Shown here one piece after another: positions 31,601 through 40,320 of a stretch of DNA of 64,000 nt. Numbering within the stretch: the stretch's first letter is position 1; every line of letters begins with the position of its first letter. Location of the stretch: contig OZ250150.1 of the NCBI GenBank assembly GCA_965237675.1, positions 96,001-160,000 of the forward strand, given 5' to 3'. The notes under the pieces are model-generated. The model was given only the letters and a program-made list of their open reading frames with translations. It was not told where the DNA came from and made no database searches. The position numbers were made by a program, and so were the translations under genes. Origin of the DNA: Candidatus Latescibacterota bacterium. GTDB taxonomy: Bacteria > Latescibacterota > UBA2968 > GCA-2709665.

Positions 31601-33385
31601 TTGAACAACCCGGACGAACTGCGCCGGGAATTCCTACTGCGACTGCACGGGAACGATCGCGGTCTTTCGGCATGGATGGCCGCACGTCCGGCTGTGCCCT
31701 CCGGTCTTCCGGCCCCCTTTACGCCGGTGCTTCCTCCATTGACTACAAATACGCGGCTTGAAGTCGCCGACGGTGGTTTGGCCAACGCGGACTTTTGCTA
31801 TGCCCTTGCAGAAATCAACGACGAAGACTTCGCGGCATTGGTTGATGACCACTGCATAGTGTCGGCGGAAGTGGCGCAACTTCTGGGTCCATTGTGCGGT
31901 ACGGCTGATACCGACAGGAATTACATCGCACCGACGCGACTCCGCCCGTCCAACCTGTTTGCGAAACTGGCTAAACGGTGGGATCACTGCTTGTCGCCGG
32001 AGCGGTTGCATGCGTTGCGGCCACTCGCCAGTAACGAGGCTTGGGGCTTCGTCGAAAGCAATTTTCAAGGCGTAACTTGGCAGGCTCAAGCAGCGGACGG
32101 AAGTCTCCAAGCGCTGCGAAATCTGCTCCTGCGACAACTCCCGAAATCGTTTGATGACACTGATGCGGAGGTAAAGGACGAACTTTCGCGGGCGGCCTTC
32201 GCTCCCGAGGACCGGGTTCTCGATTCGGCGTACATCGAATGCAGCGAAGATTGGCGAGTGTACCGGTGGCTTCGAGTGCAGCATCGCGTCGATGCTACAA
32301 TGATTGCGGATTGGTACACAGGTCTCGCGGAGGACCTTCAACCCGCCGCCGTTTGCTATCTTTTGGATGGAGAATTGCAGGTGCCCGTTCTAACCCATCT
32401 TGTCCCACTCAACACCCGCCCTTCGTGGCTTCAGGAGTACGACCAAGTCTCCGCAGTGCTTGAAGAGCTGGGCGAGGAACCTTGGCGGTGCCAGTCACTT
32501 CTGGGCGCCCTGTTCCCTGACCGGTTCCGTTCTCCAGAGCTACCACAGCCGCCACGCGAGCCCGAGAGGTTTTTCGAGCGCCTATTGGAGTGGTGGGACG
32601 ATGATGCGGAACGCGGCAAAGTCGTTGCCGACTACGAAAGACGCGCTTGGCCAACGTGGCTGAGGAAAGACGGCATAGCGGACGGACTGACAGCTGATTC
32701 GCAAGACCATTGGCTTGCGTTGCTCGTTCTTGGTGCCTGTCAAAGTTTGGGGCGTACCAGAGATGAACAACACCGTCGATTCATCGAGTTGGCTCACGAC
32801 GCGGGTTGGTGGGATGTGTTCAAAGCCCCCGGTGACGACGAGGCTTGGATGAGCGTGCTGCGTGGATGGCAGGACCAAGCGGTCGCCGAAATCGAATACA
32901 GGCTATGGATGTCGCTATTTCCGACAATTTACCAACTCAGTCGGTATCAAGATGTATATGTTCGTCTGCTCAAGTCGGCCGGGCGACGTCCCGATGATTT
33001 GTATCAAGTGACTCGCTTGCTCGCCCCGCGCACCGACGAAGCGCTCACTGGTGCGGGTACTCACTTCGATGCGCCCCCGGCACCCCTCAACATGGGTCTC
33101 CACTGGGTGCTTCGGGAGCTCGTGCGTCTGGGAGTCGTCAATGGAGAACATCTCCATCCGGACTGTTGGGTGCCGTCGGAGCAGGTCCTGGGCTTTCTTC
33201 AGCCTCTCGGTCTGGAGCAGCCTGATGGCGGATTGCCAAACTCCCAGAAGGCGCGCACCATCGCCAATTTCTTGGCGACAGCGTTGGGGACGGAAACTCC
33301 AAATCTCCATCTCGCGTTCGACATACCGCTACGGCACGTGGCCTCGAACGAGGAACTTCGGCGAGAGTTTGGATTGGAGAGATAG
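25670..33385 (+). CDS. 2571-aa protein with two sacsin-like GHKL (HSP90-like) ATPase modules
   Basis: ELVQNADD..NDGPF..IGTFGIGLKSVF near the N-terminus; ELAQNADD..TGRFGLGFKSIH..NGPFKLDPGR at ~30530-31410. Confidence 0.85.
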   Translation: MNEGTNKDRSPDVDVRRKAGIVRSPLDEIKAIQTLLADVYKDAGDGRTLFRELVQNADDAGARRLRLTVLERGWPDAPNSLLRGPALLVANDGPFPAKDREALHKAIGGSKEDDASKIGTFGIGLKSVFHICEAFIYIGAEKSEWRAGVLNPWAGTGESGEADPVHPEWAEVDERLQAVATELIGDTSSGLMLWIPLRRPEHLDRGVDCSEYGVGQRCTEPEELCAWFGNSASPALLLAQCGHLKSIEVHLTVGPESLHDPQRLARVDRKKDEWVGRHKDDSHERTTRPFEGTIESDERSWYVVGIEALGGDSLRKIRSQPNWPQSPQWYDGRHSTVPRKALAHAAISVLRPDATNTELLGTRIRWAVFLPLDDDPEPRSSEIVESAGTSPTWEIILHGYFWPSQDRRSIPGVTDVLGNRAGETDMRNRWNRAVCDDLLLPLLPSALARAVDGIEERVARRLLDTVANSKIVLHRSDAVKRRHWLLPLVAADGVRWEVRDPKACRVLSIPKWSRAPVVVRRQFLATWDQCTDDVVFIDDDAPGLVGEIDDWTVDHLERLLNSIPNDAFAAPQDMKWIGQIIRHVLGEYANGGDILPVLVVRWIVERIGQGVLTQTTRRVSDESQRIAREELRCAWRYLLAALPNEWLLDAPLESQRAVAELAAEGVIGEGLVPVPFGSELEPLPSRPDPKRLDNALCVLGRQLAAGGESERLRHSRLLLAETLLSIRGDNLPLNDLETLPLLRVTRMPEDREEAWSVYKLRRQTNTRRVFASQPSVKDSDVHQPGRLSDPKRAVAELATAIYEDIWILIDARVAALTGTPSPTPDALARAVIGAKTFHPEPTQRKHLVVRLARDGGTHVCAVRALLAGRTTAEVGQDTELFFAPRQSVHEQQTLDILLRLLCQSWREVNVELVESLSHNLVQDLSVSRADAGAFHRLLNDCLNKTVDWAGLSDEDVLHLLQHLYGGMAEDQERWRAMPLHRDVDGKRGPFDDRALRTAEGSNELRLPPELDMTVRLLDPDPSVAHLYVSVPVMDRDGILQRMLEDSRPWRFAEWIVQSIRSADGKMTLPQDSDLRERLRHTCWLPVGDDDGVAPEAVLIAPKELLQEVAGLAVARAFGDKRLPEEVHPETWQIAERVVREILGRLSQDRQVQRIVDALYPDQVAQVSGGAYLVMTDPELIDASLIEDALKTTLVDSHLGWKLVNTFQRVLRHSGGAGSRDASEPLLKLVRALCAPVPPVHQITMLKVLAQSRPVRESPGGHLFGELLDCFAKTDEFFKCVLSKIELPTQDGNWHTSRDVARSESGVALRHRLIYELRSSLRLNGDQPVPQRSNVKGGERRTGPDALKALEKYFESWRERVSPSAVGAFLSLLGDGLRGSTANLAQRWLGEDVSLKDLRSMLAAANRSVPFAGVNVSVKPDFARGNRVIAMNVVGSWVEMEADADNESLFAVDPVNYPPSRLSALAEFGGPFWEITLRDVEPQTRTQSDLTALLGNTVERWAVQFLKLDREQVNHWWSQWGTGSQANLGPVLASIRAHLPLTLRQLDVQEREPLRDALRDAEQAQRKREQAHSRLSEATLKAEREILDRLAKLIEEPEHQTFLWERVNELMRRYGYGPESVLLELAQNADDALAQAAEIKGGPLPPATCRLLIRVYEHDCTPTLDITHWGRPINDTGGPAFPEGRERQWDQDLYFMMLMNLSGKPGEAPGRAASASTTGRFGLGFKSIHLVSESPSVVSGFINFSIAGGLLPQERQVKDDADSWMVEDRRPTRVRLPLRRDVDAHTLIERLFHRFAYARALLPVFARQLREVVVEGDSFAGVHVFDGKPIAGAPGWSVGAETELPNHEGRWRVLRFRPADAGHEGMGTAALAVGLREGVPTPFGLEMPFLWNVAPTSESWGCGYAVNGPFKLDPGRTHVSLDDDATLRVAGGLGDALGKGLIQLHDALVCRTDEVRRLLDHGDSRSFLTALWKVLASGLNNPDELRREFLLRLHGNDRGLSAWMAARPAVPSGLPAPFTPVLPPLTTNTRLEVADGGLANADFCYALAEINDEDFAALVDDHCIVSAEVAQLLGPLCGTADTDRNYIAPTRLRPSNLFAKLAKRWDHCLSPERLHALRPLASNEAWGFVESNFQGVTWQAQAADGSLQALRNLLLRQLPKSFDDTDAEVKDELSRAAFAPEDRVLDSAYIECSEDWRVYRWLRVQHRVDATMIADWYTGLAEDLQPAAVCYLLDGELQVPVLTHLVPLNTRPSWLQEYDQVSAVLEELGEEPWRCQSLLGALFPDRFRSPELPQPPREPERFFERLLEWWDDDAERGKVVADYERRAWPTWLRKDGIADGLTADSQDHWLALLVLGACQSLGRTRDEQHRRFIELAHDAGWWDVFKAPGDDEAWMSVLRGWQDQAVAEIEYRLWMSLFPTIYQLSRYQDVYVRLLKSAGRRPDDLYQVTRLLAPRTDEALTGAGTHFDAPPAPLNMGLHWVLRELVRLGVVNGEHLHPDCWVPSEQVLGFLQPLGLEQPDGGLPNSQKARTIANFLATALGTETPNLHLAFDIPLRHVASNEELRREFGLER

Positions 33386-36084
33386 TGGCACCGTTCAACA
33401 GCGACTCGGCAGTGCGGCATTCCCGGTTCGGTCGCGGGCAAGTGGTGGTGGATCAAGGTGATAGCATGATCGTCCGCTTCGATCATGGGATCGAGGAATG
33501 TCTGACCACCGATCTCGAACTCATCGATAGCCTTACCGACCGCATCGCCACCAAGCGGCTCGACCCTGCGCTAAACGTCGTCGCTCGAGTTCTCGGCGAG
33601 TGCATCCGTTCGGTCAACGACGCCTGGGGCGTGTTTTCGCGATCCCGTATCGCGTTGCTGCCTCACCAGCTTTGGGTTTGCAAGCGAGTGCTCGAATCAT
33701 GGCCCACGCGGTGGCTCGTGGCGGACGATGTGGGGCTTGGCAAGACTATTGAGGCGGGGCTCATCCTCACGCCGCTGCTGTCTTCAGGGCGCGTTCGCCG
33801 TTTGCTCATCCTGGCACCTGCCAGCCTCGTCGAACAGTGGCAGGTGCGGCTGCGAGAAATGTTCGACATCCGGATTTCGATCTACATTGCCGATGCGGAC
33901 AAGGAAACCTCCGACTTCTGGAACACCCACGACCGCGTAATCGCCTCGGCACATACATTGCGGCTCGACACGGGCGGGCGGTGGGATCGTCTGTTGGACG
34001 CCGAGCCCTGGGACCTCGTGCTCGTCGACGAAGCTCATCATATGAACGTGGACGAACATGATGGCCGCACATTGTCATATCAGCTAGTGGAGAATCTGCA
34101 AGAACGGGGAAAGGTACTGTCTTTGGTGCTATTTACCGGTACGCCCCATCGGGGCAAGGACACTGGATTTCTTTCTCTGCTAAAGCTGCTTCGACCCCAA
34201 GACTTCGATCCCGAACAGCCTCTTGAGGAGCAGGTCGAGAAGCTCCGCACCGTCATGATTCGCAATAACAAGCAGTCTGTCACCGACATGACGGGCAAGC
34301 CGATTTTCACCCCGGTACAATCAAGGCGGGAGACGTACGCCTACTCGCCTGAGGAGGCGCGGTTCTACACGAAGCTAACGGAGTTTATCGTGACCGGAAA
34401 AGCCTACGCGGCCGGTCTTGGCTCTCAGGATCGGCGCACGGCGATGTTGGTCCTGATCACCATGCAGAAACTGGCGTCAAGTTCCGTGACAGCCGTGCGG
34501 CGGGCTCTTGCTCGGCGACTCTCCCGGCTGCGGGATGCGAAAGCAAAATTAGAGGAATCCTACGAGGACTTGGCACGGCTAAAAGAATTGCGCACCGAGG
34601 ACGACCCCGCAAATCAAGATGAAATCAGTCAATTGGAAGAGCGTGTGGCGGAGAATCTGCAAGGAGTCGAGCTCAACCCAAACGAAATTCCGGCGCTGGA
34701 GGAATTGTTGGAAGTAGCAAACGAAGTCACCGACGAGACAAAAATCGGCCGTATCCTTCAACTGGTCGATGAGTCGTTCGCCGAAAGGTCCGTGCTCTTC
34801 TTCACAGAGTACAAGGCTACCCAAGCTCTGCTCATGAGTGCGTTGCACAAACGCCACGGCGATGGATGTGTGACCTTCATCAATGGCGATGGCTTCATCG
34901 AAGGTGTGAAGGATGCCAGCGGCAGAATATCAGACCTTAGAGAGGCCCGAGATCTCGCCGCAGCGCGGTTCAATCGGGGAGATGTACGTTTTCTGGTTTC
35001 CACCGAAGCGGCCGGCGAGGGCATCGACCTACAGGAGCATTGCAGTGCCTTGATCCATGTTGACCTGCCATGGAATCCGATGCGCCTGCATCAGCGCGTC
35101 GGCCGGCTGAGCCGCTACGGGCAAACCGAGCCCGTCGACGTGGTGTCCGTAAGAAATCCAGACACCGTAGAGAGCCACATCTGGGACCTCTTGGATGAGA
35201 AGCTGGCGCGTATCAATTTGGCGTTCCAAGGGGTTATGGACGACCCGGAAGACATCCGCCAACTCGTGATAGGGATGGCGTCGCCTCCCGGCATGTTCAC
35301 CAACGTGTTCGCGAACGCCGACCAGTCACTCAGCAGGCAAACGCTCCGCGATTGGTTCGATACCCAAACCGCGACCTTCGGCGGCGAGGACGCTGTGGAC
35401 ACCGTCCGCAGTCTTGTAGGCCATGTCGCCCGTTTCGACTTCGGAGCGGTAGCCGGTCAGATCCCGCAGGTGGACCTGCAGGATCTGGTGCCGTTCTTCA
35501 AAGTGGTCCTTGCTGTTCGGGGTCGGCGCCCCGACCAGACCGCTGATCTTCGCTTGAGCTTCCGACCGCCGGACGAGTGGAAGGACGACTTCACTATCTC
35601 CTCGGTCGATCGGTACGACCTTCTCTTCGCCCGGGAACCGCGACCAAAAGACGGAGAGGATGTCGCGGGGATCGGGCTGCGGGTCGTCGATAGAGCGGTG
35701 CGCGATGCGGTGGACCTTCCCGCAACGTTCGGGGCCATTCGAGGCCTGGATGCGTCGATTTTCGTGTTCGCCGTACGGGATCGGATAACCGGCGCAAGTG
35801 GCCCCATTCGCACTGTTATCGTGGGCGTCCAAGCCCGTACTGACGGTGCATGCACCTTGCTTCACGACTGGGAGTTGATACAGCGCATAAACCCGCTGGC
35901 CGACAAGCCTAGAAGCCCGGTCTTCACGGATGGAAACCCGGCGCAGGACGTCGCGGATCTCATGGCGGCTGCGCGACAGTATGTGGAATCACAGATCAAT
36001 GCACTTGATCTCCCGTTCGAGTTGCCAGCTATCGAGAGCCTCGCCTGTCTCGTGCCTGGGAGACAAATGGACGCTGCACAATAG
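33385..36084 (+). CDS. SNF2-family (RapA/DrmD-like) helicase
   Basis: LLPHQ, ADDVGLGKTIEAG, DEAHH, TGTP, GEGIDLQ, DLPWNP..QRVGR. GTG start overlaps the upstream TAG. Confidence 0.92.
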   Translation: MAPFNSDSAVRHSRFGRGQVVVDQGDSMIVRFDHGIEECLTTDLELIDSLTDRIATKRLDPALNVVARVLGECIRSVNDAWGVFSRSRIALLPHQLWVCKRVLESWPTRWLVADDVGLGKTIEAGLILTPLLSSGRVRRLLILAPASLVEQWQVRLREMFDIRISIYIADADKETSDFWNTHDRVIASAHTLRLDTGGRWDRLLDAEPWDLVLVDEAHHMNVDEHDGRTLSYQLVENLQERGKVLSLVLFTGTPHRGKDTGFLSLLKLLRPQDFDPEQPLEEQVEKLRTVMIRNNKQSVTDMTGKPIFTPVQSRRETYAYSPEEARFYTKLTEFIVTGKAYAAGLGSQDRRTAMLVLITMQKLASSSVTAVRRALARRLSRLRDAKAKLEESYEDLARLKELRTEDDPANQDEISQLEERVAENLQGVELNPNEIPALEELLEVANEVTDETKIGRILQLVDESFAERSVLFFTEYKATQALLMSALHKRHGDGCVTFINGDGFIEGVKDASGRISDLREARDLAAARFNRGDVRFLVSTEAAGEGIDLQEHCSALIHVDLPWNPMRLHQRVGRLSRYGQTEPVDVVSVRNPDTVESHIWDLLDEKLARINLAFQGVMDDPEDIRQLVIGMASPPGMFTNVFANADQSLSRQTLRDWFDTQTATFGGEDAVDTVRSLVGHVARFDFGAVAGQIPQVDLQDLVPFFKVVLAVRGRRPDQTADLRLSFRPPDEWKDDFTISSVDRYDLLFAREPRPKDGEDVAGIGLRVVDRAVRDAVDLPATFGAIRGLDASIFVFAVRDRITGASGPIRTVIVGVQARTDGACTLLHDWELIQRINPLADKPRSPVFTDGNPAQDVADLMAAARQYVESQINALDLPFELPAIESLACLVPGRQMDAAQ

Positions 36085-36447
36085 AGCAATACACGAAAGC
36101 ACATTTGCGCGCGAAGCGATTTCTCAGCTATTACGTGGAACGGGTTAGATAGAGATGTGTCAAATGAGTTTTGTCGGCATTAACTACGATAACATTTCGG
36201 ATCACGGGTGCCTTTGTCGAGTTTCCAGAAGTATAGGCAGTATCTTGGCTATCTGACTTGATTCCATACCTACATGCTGATTCAGGCAAGAAGGTGTCCG
36301 GCGCTGCCGGCGAAATGTTGGGGTCGGAGGAGACATATCTCCTAAATGGAATCCAGTACTTGTGTCCCAATGCGCGAACGCAGAATCTCCTTTCCCATGG
36401 TTGACGTTGATTTGTAATGGACAAAATTCCTCACGAATCGAAGCGGC

Positions 36448-37041
36448 GTGATCCTAGTCGGCCTGGCTAATAGTTGTGAAGTTTGGGGCGATGGCGGGTT
36501 TCCCGCCGGAATGACGGAAGCGGATTTGGGAGTGAAGAGTATTCCGCGCAATCCGCTGCTGTTCGGCATCCTGTACCGCATGGATGCGGTAGAGAGGATC
36601 GGTTCCGGCATACGGCGTATTCGGGATCTGTGCCGTGAACATGGAGTGGCTGAGCCGCTGATCGAAGTGTCAGACTCGTGGGTAACGACAACGTTCCACA
36701 GGCCAACCTCAGAATTGGGAACCCGCACCGGGCTAAAGCAAGAGTCAGGCAAGAGTCAGGCAAGAGTCAGGCAAGAGTCAAAGCAGGAATCGAGGGCAGA
36801 GGGCGTAGAACAACGAGTACTATCGATTCTCCGACAAACTCCCCTGTCCAGATCCGAGATCTCAATCGGTTTGGGCCACAAATCCATTTCGGGCCGGCTC
36901 AACGAGGCGATTCGCCTCTTGATGGATGACAAGCTGATCGAATACACAATTCCAGAAAAACCCAACAGTCGGTTGCAGAAATACAGACTCACCGAAAACG
37001 GCAAGAGTCGACTGGCAGAATCGGAAGAAGGGCGATCATGA
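36448..37041 (+). pseudogene. C-terminal fragment of an HATPase_c_4 + HTH protein (homolog of 9257-10844)
   Basis: PRNPLL..ERIGSGIRRI; IEYTIPEKPNSRLQKYRLT; N-terminus missing. Confidence 0.75.
36739..36783 (+). repeat. 11-bp tandem repeat
   Basis: CAAGAGTCAGG x3 plus CAAGAGTCAAAG. Confidence 0.85.
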
Positions 37042-37477
37042 AACCAATCACCTGCACTGGGGAAAGCTCCTCATGGTCGCCGACGTAAATCATCTCTCAT
37101 TCGTTCCTCGGGTGAGCGGATGCACGCAAATCGTTGGCAGGAAATCTGCCGAACTGACTTCACGGTCACGCGGGAAGCGATAGGATCTCGGGATCGTCTC
37201 GCGTTTGACCAGAATGACCTCCGCATCGGCAACCGAATGACCCTTCTTGACGATGAGATCCTGGAAGACCTCCGCGATAACCAGCCTGGAGTTTGGGCTG
37301 GTACGGAAGGTCGCCTCAAGGCGAAAAACGATAAGTGGAATCGTAAATGACGCACGGTCCGAATCCGACCTCTTCTGCCACACTTACAGGTTTCGTTGCT
37401 CCATGTGAGACTCCGAGACACGGTCATTTCGGGGTCTCTTGCAATTTCAGGGGCAAAATGACTATCATACGTGACCT

Positions 37478-37652
37478 TGCTTGCATACGGTAAAGCGTTA
37501 GAATTCCCCCACCGCATCAGCCGTCGCCTGCCCTTCGACAGGCTCAGGACAGGGCTCAGGGCAGCGCCTTCGACACCCTTCGACAAGCTCAGGGCACGTG
37601 CTCAGGGACAGGCTCGGCTTCTGCGACTCCCCCTCCAGGGGGGAGTGATTGC
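37478..37652. repeat. Dispersed intergenic repeat, copy A
   Basis: TGCTTGCATA..CCCCACCG.ATCAGCCGTCGCCTG..CCTTCGACAGGCTCAGG..CCCCTC..GGGGGAGTGATTGC; matches 40072-40241. Confidence 0.75.
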
Positions 37653-37759
37653 GACGTGATTGTGCGACAGCCGGTATCGAATGCCTCCACCAGGTGGCTT
37701 GATCTCGGTTTGTCGTTGGTCGGTGCTTCCTCATTGAAAACGTCCCGGCGCGAGTCAAC

Positions 37760-38250
37760 GTGGAGACGGGAGAGAAGCAATTCTTACGGGAGACCGTCAA
37801 GCGTGGCGCATCACTTCTCCACCTGGCCATGCCGCAATGGGCAGAGGACGGTGGTGACCGGACGACCGACCAGCACATCGCGATGGCGTCACTCCTGATC
37901 GATCGCGGCACCGGGATACACACGATCGGGGATGGCGGCGAAACGGCGGTCGGATACACCGGCTGGTTGGGCATGAAACGGTTCGCCAAGAATCTGTTCG
38001 AACGCGGAGCAGACCCCACCGTGACGACCGAGTGGGGGTTCGACGCGCCGGGCGCCATCGCAGAAAACGGTCACGTCGATCTCATGGAAATGTTCGCAGA
38101 GGCGGGCGCCCGATGAAGCCCAGGCATCTCGTTCAGGCGCAGATGGCCGAACGTCTGGATGCGCTGGCTGACGCGGGTCTGCATACGAGAAGCGATATCG
38201 GCCACTTTGGCGGCGAGCTTGGTGCGGTAGTCAGGAAGAAAGGATAGTCC
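37760..38250 (+). pseudogene. Ankyrin-repeat protein fragment, probably frameshifted at ~38113
   Basis: LLIDRG, LFERGADP, AIAENGHVDLMEMFAEAGA. Confidence 0.5.
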
Positions 38251-39393
38251 ATGGATAACGCGTGGATTCGCGGCCAGATGCCGGGCCTGAAACACGGCGT
38301 TTACCTTAACACTGGTGGAATCGGTCTGTCGCCGGTCAGTGTGAACAAGGCGGTCGCCGAGGGCTTTCAGCAGTTGCGCAGCGGCAGTGTCAGTACGAGC
38401 GACTGGTACACCGCAATGGCAGAGGCCGAGGACGAATTGCCGGCCAAAATCGCCGGCTTCTTCGGAGCCGATGCAGGGGAAATCGCGTTGACGATGAGCA
38501 CCGGCGAAGGTTACGGTATGGTACTCGGCGGGCTGCGGTGGCAACCGGGAGACGAGGTTCTCATAACCAATGAGGAACATCCGGTACCCCTTCAGGCCGC
38601 CCAGGGTCTGGCGGACCGTGAAGGGGCGATCGTCAAAGTGGTCGAAATCGACCAGGATAAAGACCTTATTCTGCGCCGAGTGGAGCAAACGATCACCCCG
38701 CGTACCCGGCTGATCTGTTTCAGCCATGTCACGACGGATTGGGGGACCCGGTTGCCCGCCCGCGAGATCTGCGGGCTGGCACGGGCCCGCGGCATTTTCA
38801 CGCTCTGGGATGGCTGCCAAGCCGTCGGGCAGTTTCCGGTGGACCTGCATGAAATAGGCTGTGACTTCTACGCCACCAATTGCTACAAGTGGATGCTCTC
38901 GCCGATGGGTACTGGCTTTCTCTATGTGAGGAAAGGCGCGCAGCAATTCTTGAAGCCGCTGCGGCGACCGCACGCTCCCGATGGTACGGCCCGGCAGTAC
39001 GAGACGGGAACGCCGGCGAGCGTGCTTTACCTGGGTCTGGGCGCGGGTCTCGATTTCTTGGCCGGCATCGGCGGGCCGCAGCCCATCGCCGTGGAGGCGG
39101 GACGAAAGGCGGAATCGCTGCGCGAACGCTTAGACGCCATTCCCGGCGTGCGGATCATCGGCTCACGCCGCGCCGAAACCCGGACCGGCATCGTCGCTTT
39201 CTCTGTCGAGGGCATGGATGGGAACGAAGTCTCTGACGCACTCCGGAACCACTGGCAAATCGCCCAACGGGCGACCAACATCAACGAACCTTCCGGTGTG
39301 CGGATTTCGGTGGCGTTCTACACCAGCGACTCGGAGCTGGATACGCTGGTTGAAGCGGTCACGACCAGGGCGGGCGAAAAAGGGAATCGATAA
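38251..39393 (+). CDS. Class V PLP aminotransferase / cysteine desulfurase-like enzyme
   Basis: YLNTGG, EEHP, SHV, DGCQAVG, NCYKWM.SP.GTG, RISVAFY. Confidence 0.9.
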   Translation: MDNAWIRGQMPGLKHGVYLNTGGIGLSPVSVNKAVAEGFQQLRSGSVSTSDWYTAMAEAEDELPAKIAGFFGADAGEIALTMSTGEGYGMVLGGLRWQPGDEVLITNEEHPVPLQAAQGLADREGAIVKVVEIDQDKDLILRRVEQTITPRTRLICFSHVTTDWGTRLPAREICGLARARGIFTLWDGCQAVGQFPVDLHEIGCDFYATNCYKWMLSPMGTGFLYVRKGAQQFLKPLRRPHAPDGTARQYETGTPASVLYLGLGAGLDFLAGIGGPQPIAVEAGRKAESLRERLDAIPGVRIIGSRRAETRTGIVAFSVEGMDGNEVSDALRNHWQIAQRATNINEPSGVRISVAFYTSDSELDTLVEAVTTRAGEKGNR

Positions 39394-39589
39394 CAGGTGA
39401 AACGCTGATTGCTTTCGCCGTTGCGGTAAACGAGGTTATGCCGGCACGCCGCGTCGTGGTCAGCCGGAGGCGACGTAGACAGACTCTTTTCTTGATCTTG
39501 GCGCCCCGATCCTATAGATTGCCATGTCGCAGCCATTCGACAAATGGACGCTCTATTAACCGGCAATTGGACGCTAATGAAACCGACAA

Positions 39590-39694
39590 TTGGACGCTTA
39601 TTGTTCCCTATACATCCGCTCGCTGCCGCCAGTAATCCGGGAGGCTTTGGTCGACACGCCGGTGGTCTGTCTGCTCGGACCGCGGCAAAGCGGG
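39590..39694 (+). pseudogene. Second AAA_14-type ATPase fragment
   Basis: VIREALVDTPVVCLLGPRQSG; identical DNA core to 23758-23820. Confidence 0.75.
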
Positions 39695-39746
39695 GCGGAA
39701 GACCTACAGCGGCTGGTGGATGCCGGATTGGAGTATTACGGAAAGC

Positions 39747-40031
39747 CACTGCTGTCCAAGAACGAAGCCGATTTCGGACAGGTGTGACCTTTTGTGTTTT
39801 TGTGCCTTTTGTGGCAAATGTTTTTTCGCGGCAAACCGGAAGAGCAGGACAATAGCCACAAAAAGCACAGAAGGCACAGAAGGAGTGGAAGCCAACCGGT
39901 GGGTGAAGAAACGTCGGCAGTCCGTATGAAATATTGGCGTTTTTCGTAGCTATTCAGCCGTTCACGGAATAAGCTCTTTTACCTTATGTCACTGCTGTCC
40001 AAGAACGAAGCCGATTTTGGACGGGTGTGAC
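39747..40031. repeat. 42-bp direct repeats enclosing an inverted repeat
   Basis: CACTGCTGTCCAAGAACGAAGCCGATTT..GGAC.GGTGTGAC at 39747 and 39990; internal TTTTGTGGC/GCCACAAAA. Confidence 0.75.
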
Positions 40032-40071
40032 GGAAAGCCTAAACGCAAAAACCACGAATAATGCCTCACGA

Positions 40072-40241
40072 TGCTTGCATATCGTAAGGCATTAAAATCC
40101 CCCCACCGTATCAGCCGTCGCCTGCCTGTGCGTTGCACGCAGACAGGCCGACCCTTCGACACCCTTCGACAGGCTCAGGGCAAGTGCGCAGGGAACGGGC
40201 TCGGCTTCTGCGACTTTCCCCCTCAAGGGGGGAGTGATTGC
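40072..40241. repeat. Dispersed intergenic repeat, copy B
   Basis: Matches 37478-37652. Confidence 0.75.
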
Positions 40242-40320
40242 ACCGTCAAACGGGCTCGCGCGTTCATTTCCACCTATTTGGTTGCGGCTGAACAACGCGA
40301 AGCCGCAATAGGAGTGCACT

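Noticed and set aside
33385-36084. DISARM, Zorya or BREX call from the SNF2 helicase
   Set aside because: No drmABC, methylase, zorAB or pglZ genes in the window
37120-37350. 76-aa ORF
   Set aside because: No recognisable motif; lies among remnants; cannot be supported as a gene
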